Positions 12,601 through 19,765 of a stretch of DNA of 41,763 nt are shown here, piece after piece. The notes under the pieces were generated by a model. The model saw nothing but the letters and a program-made list of their open reading frames with translations, was not told the origin of the DNA and did no database searches. The position numbers and the translations under genes are program-made. Every line of letters starts with the position of its first letter. Position 1 is the first letter of the stretch. This DNA is from a virus (taxonomy: Duplodnaviria > Caudoviricetes): IMG/VR virus record IMGVR_UViG_3300020294_000009, positions 1 through 41,763 of that record; one strand, written 5' to 3'.

Positions 12601-15600
12601 TTTATGAATCAGTTGCTCAAACAAGATACCTTGGAATTAATAATAGAGATATTAAATCATTTGATCTTAAGTATAAAGGAACTCCGATTTATGCTCGTGA
12701 TACTAATATTGCAGATCCAAGTGCTTTAAATTATGGTACAGGAGTATTTGCACAAGAGCATTTCTTTATGCCATTTGAGCAGTTAACTTATAAACCAGAT
12801 TCTAACCTAGTTGGTCTTGCTGGATCTGCTCTTATATACAGAACTGGTGCTGGTGTAACTGGATATCTTCCAGAAACTGTTTATTCAATTAAAGATAATA
12901 ATCAACAATTTAGAATAGCATTAACAGAAAATGATGCTAGAACAGGTGCTGCTGTAACTTTCCTTGAAAATACTGGTGCTGGTAATCAACACAGATTTAG
13001 TATGAGAAAGAGGGACTCTAAGTCCATGATTTCTATTAGTGGTTTAGTACAAAAACCAATATCATATACATCCATTTCATATGATCTTGATGTTCCTGTT
13101 GCTGGTTTTGTAACTGCATTTGTGTTAAGTGGTATATCTTCCATTAAATCTGGAGATCTTTTAAAGGTTGAAGATGAATTTACAATTGTAAGAAATGTTG
13201 GAATTGGTACAACAACCTTTGGTCCCCCTGTTGGAATTGGTACTTGGAGTTTGGTTGAAGTAGAAAGAGGCGCAGTTGGTACTGCTGCTACTCCACATGC
13301 TGCTGGTGAAACAGTAAGATTGTTTAGAGGGTCTTTCCAGATAGTAGATAGTAAAATACACTTTACTCAAGCACCTTTAGGTGGTGATACTGGTATTATT
13401 AACCCAAATAACTTACCATATGCTAGAGCAACATTTGGTGGAAGAACTTTCCTTAGACAGGATTATGAAAAGAATCAAATCTTTGATGATATGTCATCTA
13501 GTTTTGATGGATTAGAAACTGCTTATCCATTAACTTCTATTGGTGTTGCTGTTACTGGTATTGGTACAACTGGTGGTAATGGTGTACTATTCATTAATAA
13601 TATCTTCCAAGCACCATACAGTGAAAATAATTCTAATGCTAATTTCAAGATTTCAGAACAAGCAGGAATTAGTAGTGTTGTATTTACTGGTATTAGTTCC
13701 TTTGGATATGATACTCCAATAATAGATGAAGGTGATATTAATGAAAATCAATTACCTAGGGGTGGTGTAATTATTTCTGTTGGATCTACTCCAGGTAGAG
13801 GTTATGCACCATTTGTAGGTGCAAAGGTAAAACCAATAATTGATGCTTATGGCAAAATTACTAGTATAGTTGGTATTCCTACTGCAGGTAATAGTGTTTC
13901 CATTAGTACAGCTACTTACAATAATGTTAGTGGTATGATGGAAGTTAGTACTTTAGCACCTCATAATCTTAAAATTGAAGATCCAGTTAAATTAGAAGGT
14001 TTAGAATTTGCTTGTAGTGGATATGGGAGTACTTTAGGAATTACTTCCTTTGTTTATGATCACATAAGCGGTATTGCTACTATTATTACTAATGCTGCTC
14101 ATGGATTTACTGATCCAAATCTAATTGGTATTGCTACAGGTTCTCTTACCTTTACTTGTGGTATGGATAGTAATGCTACTAACCATGTTTATCCTAGAGT
14201 TGGAGATCCCATTCATGATAAGTTGTTAGAAGTTCGTGCAGTAACAGATAATACATTTGATGTATTTGTTGGTATTACAACTAATGTTGGTTATACACCT
14301 ACAAATGCCATCTATGATGCTAATGCTGGTATTATGACGATGACTATACCTAACCATAATATTATGGCAGGTAGAAGTATCAAGATTAAGAATAGTTCAC
14401 TTGACTTTAAGTGTGCTATGGATGGCACTAGTCAGACAAAATCGTATCCTAGATCTACAGATCCTGTATATGATACCGCAATTTCTGTTGCTTCTACTAC
14501 TGCTACTGGTATTGCTGTAACTGTAGGAACTTCTCCTATTGTTAACTTTGACATTAGTACAGCAACTTATACTCCTTCTACTGGATTCCTTTCACTTGAT
14601 ATCGGATCTCATTCATTAACAGCAGGAACTTCTATTAAGTTGAAGACGGAATCGCTCATCTTCCGTTGCAATACAGATAGTTATATTTCAACTCACACAT
14701 ATCCACGCAATACTATTGATACTCAAACTGTAAATGGCGCAGTTTATGATGCAAATGCTGGTATTATGACGGTTACAGTTGTACCTGGCGGTAGACTTAT
14801 TCACGATGGCGACTTTATTAAGTTTGATAATGACTCTATTTCCTTCAAGTGCGACATGGATGGCGGTACTTCTACGAAGACCTATCCAAGATCATCAGAT
14901 CCTGTTAGTGGTAAGTGGTTACCAATAACAGGCATTACAACCACCTCATTTGCTGTAAATGTAGGTAAGTCACCTATACAACCTTTTAGCATCTCCAGTG
15001 CCGTTTACGACCCCACTGCTGGCATTGTAACAGCTACTATTGGTGAGCATAACTTTATGACAGGTGTTTCTATTCAAATTTCACCTGAATCTCTATCATT
15101 CCGATGTGGTTTAGACACCTATCAAAGTCTTCATTATTATCCAAGATCTAGTGATCCTGGATTTACAACTGCGGTTTCTATAGCTTCTACGAGCGCAAAT
15201 TCAATTTCGTTCCAAGTTTTAGCGTCACAACCGTCTACAAATATTTCAACTCATCATTTTGTACCGCATGAAGGACTAACTGCTGAATCAGGTACGCAAT
15301 ATGATGGTACTGTTGGTATTATGACTGTTACCTCTAGTGGTCATGGATTAAGTAATGGTGATTATGTCTTCTTTGAAACTGGTGCAGTTTCCTTTACATG
15401 TGCTAAGGATGACTACTGTACAACACATGCATATCCTAGAGAGACAGATCCTTATAGTGGTAAGTGGATCAAGGTATCTAATGTAACTACCAATACATTT
15501 AGAGTTAATAGTATGAAGTCACCAGATACTTCAGATCATATATTTGCTTCTGGTGTAACTGGTGCTATTAAGAGATCACAAATACATGGTGGTGGTGCTT

Positions 15601-18152
15601 ATGGACATACATTCCAAGCTGCTGGTGTTGGTAGTATGGATCAGAAGCGTGATAGAGCATTTGATCAAGCAATAGGTATTCATTCAGTTAGTGGTAATGT
15701 TATTACCCTTCAAGTTGGTGTTTCTACTGACACTAGTGAACATCATTATGATATCATGGCAGGTCATGAAGCAACTGATGCGGTCATCAGTGGTGGTGCT
15801 TATGCACATACATTCCAAAGTGCTTTAGCTGGCGCAGTTCAGTATGGTGGTAACTATCCTCATAGTTTTGTAAGTTCTGCTGCTAACCCACTTCGCATTG
15901 ATACATGGGCAGGTACTGCGTTGACCCCAACAAATGCTGTGTACAATCCTACTTCTGGAGTTCTACAGTTTACAGTTCCTAATCACGGATTAGTAAAACC
16001 AGAAAACTTTAAGTTGGGTGGTATTGGTGTTACTTGTGTATATGGTGCTAAGACTTATCCTAGCGGTGTACAAGGTTATTTCTATACTGTAAGAGAAGTT
16101 GTTAATTCAACTAAATTTACTACTACAGTTGGTATATCAACTGTTTCACATTCTTATGTTTCTGGTGGTGAAGTAAGAACAGGTATTACTACAAATATTT
16201 TCCCAGATTATGATGAGACTTTAGATATTACTGGTATTGTTTCTTCTAAGACATTTACAGTTAATGCTGGTCCAAGCACAATTCCACATTCTTATGTTTC
16301 TGGTGGTACAGCTGCTCCTTGGTATAATCTTACATTTGGATCTGGTTATAAGACCACTTTAGGAACTATAACTGATATTGGAGCTCTAGATTCTGTAGGA
16401 TCTGGATCAACTATTACTGCTGTTGTTGGAGCTGGTGGATCTTTAATCTTTACTCTTGATAATGGTGGAACAAATTATACAGAAGACGCTACAATTAATG
16501 TACCGCAACCAAATGGAGAATATTTAAGTATTGAAGGTAATTATCGTTTAGGTCTTGGAAATACAACTGTTACTGGTATTGGTTGCTCTGTTACAGTTGA
16601 TATAATTGGAGTAACTACTAATTATGTTGGATTATCAACAACTCCAGAATTTGAATTATTTGAAGTCCAAAGATGGAATTTCTCTAAACTTGGGTATGGA
16701 TTTAATATAGGAGATAAGTTTAACCTTGTTGGATTATCAACTGATCCTGATGCAGGTGATGATTTCATTCCATTTGAGATTGAAGTAATTGATATCTTTA
16801 ATGATGATATTGCTTCATGGCAATTTGGTAATATTGATTATATTGATAATATTAAGGGATTCCAAGATGGTGCTAGAACAAGATATCCATTATATTATCA
16901 AGAACAGTTAATAAGTTTTGAAATTGACAATAATGATCCAGATTCTAGACAAATTGATTTAGCACCAGTTCTTTTAATATTTGTTAATGGTGTTCTTCAA
17001 GAACCCAATAAACACTATACATTTGATGGAGGAACATCAGTTTCCTTTGAAACGCCTCCTACAATAAATGATGATGTGTTTATCTTCTTCTATAGAGGAA
17101 CAGTTGGAACTGACAGTGCGCTATTTGATGTTAACGAATTAATTAAAGTTGGTGATGATTTGGAATTATTCAAGAGTTCTGAACTTGAACTGAATAAAGT
17201 TGCTAATAATAATACCAATTATGCACAACAAGAACCAAGAATTGTTGTTAATGTAACTACAGCATCTGTTGTAGAGACACCATTCTATCAAGGTGCTGGT
17301 GTTAATAATGATAACTATAAACCACTTAGGTGGAATAAGCAAAAGGTTGATAGAGTATTTGGTGGTGGATTAGTATCCAAAGCAAGAGATTCTATTGAAG
17401 CGCAAATTGTTCCAACAGTAAATATTCTTGCTGGAGTTGCAGCTACTGATACTTTCTTATTTGTTGATCATACTGAGAATTTTAGAGATCTTGATGGTTT
17501 ATTAAATGATGACTTTGGACTTTATGTTTATGGTGTTGGTGTTGGCACAACTGCACAAGCAGGTGTTAACTGGGAGATTTGGAATGATGTTGATCCTTTA
17601 GATCTTGATGTTCAAGGATATATTGGTGTTGTCACTGGTATTACTACTTCTGTTGGTATTGGTACTGATCTTGCCCTTGTTATTCAATTGGATACTAACA
17701 ATTTAGTTAATGCTGAGAATTCATCATTTGTTACTGGATTTTCAACTGGATATCCATTCAAACTTTATAATTCAGGAATAACACCTGCTGCTGGAGTTAT
17801 AACAAGTACTGATACACATGATTCTGATATTATTGGAATTAGTACTTATGAAGTTGATAATATATACTATGCACATGCATTATCTTGGGACGGTAGTGCT
17901 AGAACAGGTGTTATTACATGTAACATCCATTCTGGAACCAATGTTAACGGATTAGTTGGTGTTGGATCAACCTTACATCCTAGCGCATTGATTACTTGGG
18001 GTAAATTCTCTAATACTGAGAGAGACGCTAATCACCCAGTTAGTTTTACCACTAAAGGACTTAATTATGACCCTGATTTAAATAATTATCCTATTGCCAA
18101 GAGGATCAATACTGGTCTGAGGTACACAGGAGCATTTGGAAAAACATTATAA
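3696..18152 (+). CDS. gp7: giant baseplate wedge initiator gp7-like virion protein (4818 aa)
   Basis: Lies between gp6 and gp8. N-terminal FLEQYY and IKEARSLYESKGTDESFKILFKALFG; internal DNDYYQNMSYAIES...VHPSGMKNF; many GxGY and HG(L/F)xxGDxxxY repeat modules. Confidence 0.85.
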   Translation: MIETYSPLSTRVKTYQVVADHSPEFAITENPYFEKFLEQYYISQEYQGGPVDIAENIDKYIKIDNLTKEVVSGNISLASSITSTDDTITVSTNTKGFPSKWGLLKINNEIISYTGLTTNTFTGCIRGFSGISTYHKIADNANLNWEKTTAASHNNNSSVQNLSALFLQEFYDKLKSMYSPGFEGVSLSPDLDVNNFIKEARSLYESKGTDESFKILFKALFGLEPKINDLEKYLIKPSYANYLRRESFTVELVSGDAAKLVGQTLFQDADPNNPLVKAASGPISEVVSIRDNYYRLSVFIGYDDRDLIQGTFIVPGRTQVIGKVGMGATVLTVDSTIGFGQTGNIQVGVPSDSYFQELSYTEKTVNQFIGVSTTGYDIPSITELFTPTLVYGYENNDTTKPVKMRITGVLRDFESTQNLYGLNPESRIKVKNLGRYVTNPRILKTYEQIFFNSWIYNTSAKYQVKDLSGSTFTLSGYIDKSSLRVGDRIDLIVRDNLKAETIAASNLLVTYVNVSNNSISVQGTFTTSPSLEYDVRRVQKKATSSSVPIIGGQNQILSDISNTYVLDFNKSESGKQEAFVASNSIPSYNIETDKIHADLTNPTVSSGNFQNYNSITNKYSIISFPSPVPFKTGDEVSYILGANSDPIAGLEKDSYFVEVLTPNNKIKLYPSRSFIASGLAQEFTPPTTSGYHDFVRVEQARKSIFPSRVLKRFILSQDLEAGTQQVTTSEKTLDGNTGLLINGVEITNYKSDKFVYYGSLDALNIVNAGRGYDVLHPPAITIEDNATGINTAVGRVAVGGTLTDILIDPVDFEVKKVISVDVHGGNGLNAKAQAVTELYYRKFAFNAKSFYDGGTIDWMSDRIILDKPHYYNDGDRVIYSANNNNVLGLHTTAAAGIDTCLVKGQSYYVGVSSATIFQLYRSKNDAVLGINTVGFGSTAAALNNGLHEFRDFETKRRISRVNILDGGFGYTNKRISVLPSKVSTDRDHIEFENHGFKNGEVIHYGISSTGGTVISGLSTNAQYQVLKVNEDKFRLCYSGIATTRVPDTTNYKNKEYVRFGNTGSQYQDFYYPPITADVNVITDSDTPVNLTATPIVRGPIIDTILFDKGKDYGSSVINFEQPPDVSINAGSFGQIGLIIVNGKIIDAFVQSRGIKYDGPPDLEVVGTGTAFGAKLRAIMVGQEISDVVVLSEGLGYPQTSTVTVKQPGDSATFSTKVRRLIGNKYFTSTTENGDYLAPVEDGLAIESVAYGATVRNTFNDDGTGHSPIIGWAYDGMPIYGPYGFNDIDDIQSSSKRLESSYVIDASGVENRPSVSDFPEGFFVEDYFYNSSGDLDEHNGRFTKTPEFENGIYAYFATIDSNGKPLFPYYIGDTYRGFPIRVNTVAGEKIKQNNFDFENSDLVRNTFPYKMFGDGASYDFVYQPYKVVDQIAKPDQITRGHVDEIRIVSPGTGYTTGSQIYFDSDDTGGYGIRAVVDAVTGKTINKIDTEFFDYNNVVFEWSPQAVIAHFDPYHSFNIHDYIQVAGLSTSVDKLVGSHQINSLNFSTTLLDTGFVGVVTDIRVQWVPQTVSVGSTIGFSTMTPELLVVGAGASYTIGGDPVQIGSETAEILNINREDSVLRIRRSSGVSTSGIGLTQSQSQGLTGLGVSYYSNRLDIPLIIDTFESKPNEKIYFNAQESVGFGTTVGQTITRNYQYLGVTKERSLKTKEIYLQDHGLNTNDVLNFTVSPSGSNVSCATSGIYAGTFNLPSSVYVTRRTKDSIGLKTTKTSDDIFFISGGGDYNDFLFENVEQKQITGTVQNILANIQTSESHGLKVDDTINLIVKPGLSTGIGTTTFATVKKIKDYLIIDPIDVATSGINTSTNRITLYKHGLISGDRILYTSSSTFPDGIVEREYYVIRIDDNTIQLANTLKETQGTPNIVNITSSGGSGQVINPINPQLRPYANNDIVFDLSDTSLLNYDLKFYYDNTFLNEFVGSGTSLGFEVVGVGTSATVGVASTNPNSVYHPTVKLSHSNNIDTLYYTLFGPTGIVTADNTVVNRNEIKHIDSGYNGNYSVVGVGSTVFTVNLQFKPESISYKNSDCEVIEYSTTALDVTGGIATVSINDGGYYYQSIPGITSIQGSGINATLIPESSNINRLERMTVPEDVYGYPSDNTLKPDAFIPRIVEIDDYGTITAVNVTYGGKFYINAPSLVLYDKGTGEVLDNGLITCELSDSAVTKAIVSVAPVGLSNNDYGVAPVRNSNGISILSVEENVGFLTCKITTPVLGYKKEPFSIGDKILVEGIEYTSGSGDGFNSGDYKFEPFTVSDYNDAVNPRQVTFDLNGITTNPGTGATVKFGFAQLVDASYIARFEVVKGNSTFIQNEPFKKNDTADADIQLDFLNKNTAKIVISGAEPLEPTDILTGKLSGSKARVVSIVEFNGNFNIAPSVRTLVGWRDNIGIMNDTNQVLPDNDYYQNMSYAIESPKTYEELITHVNDVVHPSGMKNFANTEVIAKGRPGDTFEPADDAGGLVLDFTGDALRADSIYPYDLGRDFLAQGTVSKFIELRSTRLSDFILNKTNRVLNIDDISPQFVSNESNDLSDYRVIGYYPAGRFFQRFLTQTVHHAEDPKKNQYQLNEFISVTVDEDTYFLQKMDMKNWDQVGLSSGYASFDTVYSPTQSQTQLVFRPNEPFDTNYEVKSLQTNFADSVGVGTSAFGHIRLEGGNVIVSAASTLGTSTTTNVIGISTLSSKAALIQLLVIDKEGAKQVDYLEYAVMHDGSNTYLSELTSFNSRTNLSGLSNPNFIGTVTSKIEGGLVKLDFENGRTNTVSVKFKSIIIDPSTYSADTNYRYKIPFTPDGTERTARLEVTSQAKAGISTIVGITSLTDLSVKSTVHVSYGATQSLHQVYLLSDPEKSQTFISEYPVAAVGSTTGVGTFGSTYRSDGSFGLEFHPSVAGIVSITAYNEVLYKDLDPNGTLQGVGEINYGQLYESVAQTRYLGINNRDIKSFDLKYKGTPIYARDTNIADPSALNYGTGVFAQEHFFMPFEQLTYKPDSNLVGLAGSALIYRTGAGVTGYLPETVYSIKDNNQQFRIALTENDARTGAAVTFLENTGAGNQHRFSMRKRDSKSMISISGLVQKPISYTSISYDLDVPVAGFVTAFVLSGISSIKSGDLLKVEDEFTIVRNVGIGTTTFGPPVGIGTWSLVEVERGAVGTAATPHAAGETVRLFRGSFQIVDSKIHFTQAPLGGDTGIINPNNLPYARATFGGRTFLRQDYEKNQIFDDMSSSFDGLETAYPLTSIGVAVTGIGTTGGNGVLFINNIFQAPYSENNSNANFKISEQAGISSVVFTGISSFGYDTPIIDEGDINENQLPRGGVIISVGSTPGRGYAPFVGAKVKPIIDAYGKITSIVGIPTAGNSVSISTATYNNVSGMMEVSTLAPHNLKIEDPVKLEGLEFACSGYGSTLGITSFVYDHISGIATIITNAAHGFTDPNLIGIATGSLTFTCGMDSNATNHVYPRVGDPIHDKLLEVRAVTDNTFDVFVGITTNVGYTPTNAIYDANAGIMTMTIPNHNIMAGRSIKIKNSSLDFKCAMDGTSQTKSYPRSTDPVYDTAISVASTTATGIAVTVGTSPIVNFDISTATYTPSTGFLSLDIGSHSLTAGTSIKLKTESLIFRCNTDSYISTHTYPRNTIDTQTVNGAVYDANAGIMTVTVVPGGRLIHDGDFIKFDNDSISFKCDMDGGTSTKTYPRSSDPVSGKWLPITGITTTSFAVNVGKSPIQPFSISSAVYDPTAGIVTATIGEHNFMTGVSIQISPESLSFRCGLDTYQSLHYYPRSSDPGFTTAVSIASTSANSISFQVLASQPSTNISTHHFVPHEGLTAESGTQYDGTVGIMTVTSSGHGLSNGDYVFFETGAVSFTCAKDDYCTTHAYPRETDPYSGKWIKVSNVTTNTFRVNSMKSPDTSDHIFASGVTGAIKRSQIHGGGAYGHTFQAAGVGSMDQKRDRAFDQAIGIHSVSGNVITLQVGVSTDTSEHHYDIMAGHEATDAVISGGAYAHTFQSALAGAVQYGGNYPHSFVSSAANPLRIDTWAGTALTPTNAVYNPTSGVLQFTVPNHGLVKPENFKLGGIGVTCVYGAKTYPSGVQGYFYTVREVVNSTKFTTTVGISTVSHSYVSGGEVRTGITTNIFPDYDETLDITGIVSSKTFTVNAGPSTIPHSYVSGGTAAPWYNLTFGSGYKTTLGTITDIGALDSVGSGSTITAVVGAGGSLIFTLDNGGTNYTEDATINVPQPNGEYLSIEGNYRLGLGNTTVTGIGCSVTVDIIGVTTNYVGLSTTPEFELFEVQRWNFSKLGYGFNIGDKFNLVGLSTDPDAGDDFIPFEIEVIDIFNDDIASWQFGNIDYIDNIKGFQDGARTRYPLYYQEQLISFEIDNNDPDSRQIDLAPVLLIFVNGVLQEPNKHYTFDGGTSVSFETPPTINDDVFIFFYRGTVGTDSALFDVNELIKVGDDLELFKSSELELNKVANNNTNYAQQEPRIVVNVTTASVVETPFYQGAGVNNDNYKPLRWNKQKVDRVFGGGLVSKARDSIEAQIVPTVNILAGVAATDTFLFVDHTENFRDLDGLLNDDFGLYVYGVGVGTTAQAGVNWEIWNDVDPLDLDVQGYIGVVTGITTSVGIGTDLALVIQLDTNNLVNAENSSFVTGFSTGYPFKLYNSGITPAAGVITSTDTHDSDIIGISTYEVDNIYYAHALSWDGSARTGVITCNIHSGTNVNGLVGVGSTLHPSALITWGKFSNTERDANHPVSFTTKGLNYDPDLNNYPIAKRINTGLRYTGAFGKTL
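13887..16307 (+). repeat. about 8 diverged protein-domain repeats within gp7 (AxYD..G.MT.T...H....F.C..D...H.YPR..DP), nested arrangement
   Basis: Six FxCxxD..YPR motifs plus two degenerate ones (FACSG, VTCVYGAKTYP) are visible in the translation. Confidence 0.85.
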
Positions 18153-18155
18153 ATA
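18148..18155 (+). promoter_or_regulatory. T4-type late promoter TATAAATA
   Basis: Exact consensus overlapping the gp7 stop codon, 34 nt before the gp8 ATG. Confidence 0.8.
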
Positions 18156-18189
18156 CAAAAAAAGTTTGCACTCTCACTAAACGATAGTA

Positions 18190-19761
18190 ATGGCAGCAAT
18201 TATAACAGATCAATTTAGGATCATAAACGCTAATAATTTCATGGATGATATTACTAGCGGTAATAATTCGTACTACTCGTTTTTGGGATTAGCAAATCCA
18301 ACCGCATCTGGATTTGGAAGAACTGATACTTGGAATAGTACTACTGTTGAACCACCATCACCAGTAGATAGTATTAATTACAATAACCATGTATACGATA
18401 CTATGTTATTTGGTAGGAAAGTATTTCCTGGTGATGTGAGAAGATTGGTTAGAAAAATTACTTGGACTAAAGGTACATCATACGATATGTATCGCCATGA
18501 TTATAGTACTAACAATCGTTCTTTAGTATCTAACTCTAGTAGACTTTATTCATCCAATTATTATGTGATGAATAAGGATTATAGAGTTTATATTTGTATT
18601 AATAATGGTGCTGCTGGCATTTCTACTATTGCAAGTGCATCTCTTGATGAACCAACTTTCACTGATCTTGAACCAGCTTCTGCTGGTGTAAGTGGTGATG
18701 GGTATTCATGGAAATATCTATTTACAGTTCCTCCTGCTGATATTGTAAAATTTGATTCTACTGAATATATTGCTGTTCCTAATGAATGGGAAACAAGTAC
18801 TAACGCTGATATTAAGGTTGTTAGAGATAATGGTAATTCCCAATCAAATAGTAATCAAATTAAAGTAGTATCAATTGATGAGGCAGGAACGGGATATAAT
18901 TTCCTTTCTAGTCCTATTGAGGTTGATATTATCGGTGACGGTAGTGGTGGTAAATGTAGAGTATTGACTAATACCCAAGGTCAAATTATTTCTGCACAAG
19001 TTACTAGTGGTGGTAAAGATTATAGTTATGCTCGTGTTGATCTTTCATCTATTAATGGTTCAACAACTAAATTTGCTAAACTTACTCCAATAATCCCACC
19101 TTCTAATGGTCATGGTTTTAATGTATATAAGGAACTTGGAACTGATAAGGTTCTGATTTATACTCGTTTTGATGCATCATCCTATGATTTTGCTTCTGAT
19201 ACTATATTTGCACAAGTTGGTTTACTTAGAAATCCAACTGCAATTGGTGTAGCAGGAACAAATTATTTACAAACTTCTGAATTTTCTTCTTTAAAGGCAT
19301 TTAAGTTTAGTGGAAACACATCACAAGCACTTGGGATTGGAACACAAATTGAGCAAAATATCTCTGGAGTAGGTACTGCAAGGGGTTATGTTGCTTCTTA
19401 TGACATTGATACTAAAGTAATTAAGTACTTCCAAGATAGAAGTCTTTCTTATAATCAATCAACATTTGATCAAACTGATAGTAAAGAGGTTTCAGTTCAA
19501 TCTCCTGTTCTAAATTTCCAGTCAACTGGTGATGCAGTTACTAGTACTGCTTTCAGTGTTAATGTGGATCAAACCTTTAGTGGCATATCTACGACAACAC
19601 CTGCTGGTAAGGTTGTTGACCTGGGAGTACAGTTTACAAATGGTCTCGCTGATCCTGAAATAAATAGACGCAGTGGAGACATTATCTATCTTGACAATAG
19701 ACCATCTATTACAAGAAACTTGCGACAAAAAGAAGACATCAAAATCGTATTAGAATTCTAA
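18190..19761 (+). CDS. gp8: baseplate wedge subunit gp8
   Basis: Motifs MAAIITDQFRI, YYVMNKDYRVYICINN and GDGYSWKYLFT; C-terminus SGDIIYLDNRPSITRNLRQKEDIKIVLEF. Confidence 0.93.
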   Translation: MAAIITDQFRIINANNFMDDITSGNNSYYSFLGLANPTASGFGRTDTWNSTTVEPPSPVDSINYNNHVYDTMLFGRKVFPGDVRRLVRKITWTKGTSYDMYRHDYSTNNRSLVSNSSRLYSSNYYVMNKDYRVYICINNGAAGISTIASASLDEPTFTDLEPASAGVSGDGYSWKYLFTVPPADIVKFDSTEYIAVPNEWETSTNADIKVVRDNGNSQSNSNQIKVVSIDEAGTGYNFLSSPIEVDIIGDGSGGKCRVLTNTQGQIISAQVTSGGKDYSYARVDLSSINGSTTKFAKLTPIIPPSNGHGFNVYKELGTDKVLIYTRFDASSYDFASDTIFAQVGLLRNPTAIGVAGTNYLQTSEFSSLKAFKFSGNTSQALGIGTQIEQNISGVGTARGYVASYDIDTKVIKYFQDRSLSYNQSTFDQTDSKEVSVQSPVLNFQSTGDAVTSTAFSVNVDQTFSGISTTTPAGKVVDLGVQFTNGLADPEINRRSGDIIYLDNRPSITRNLRQKEDIKIVLEF

Positions 19762-19765
19762 AAAA

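Noticed and set aside
1369-19761. gp25-gp6-gp7-gp8 as a contractile injection system (eCIS/T6SS) or tailocin
   Set aside because: Neck, tail-terminator and both terminase genes plus T4 late promoters indicate a genuine T4-like phage.
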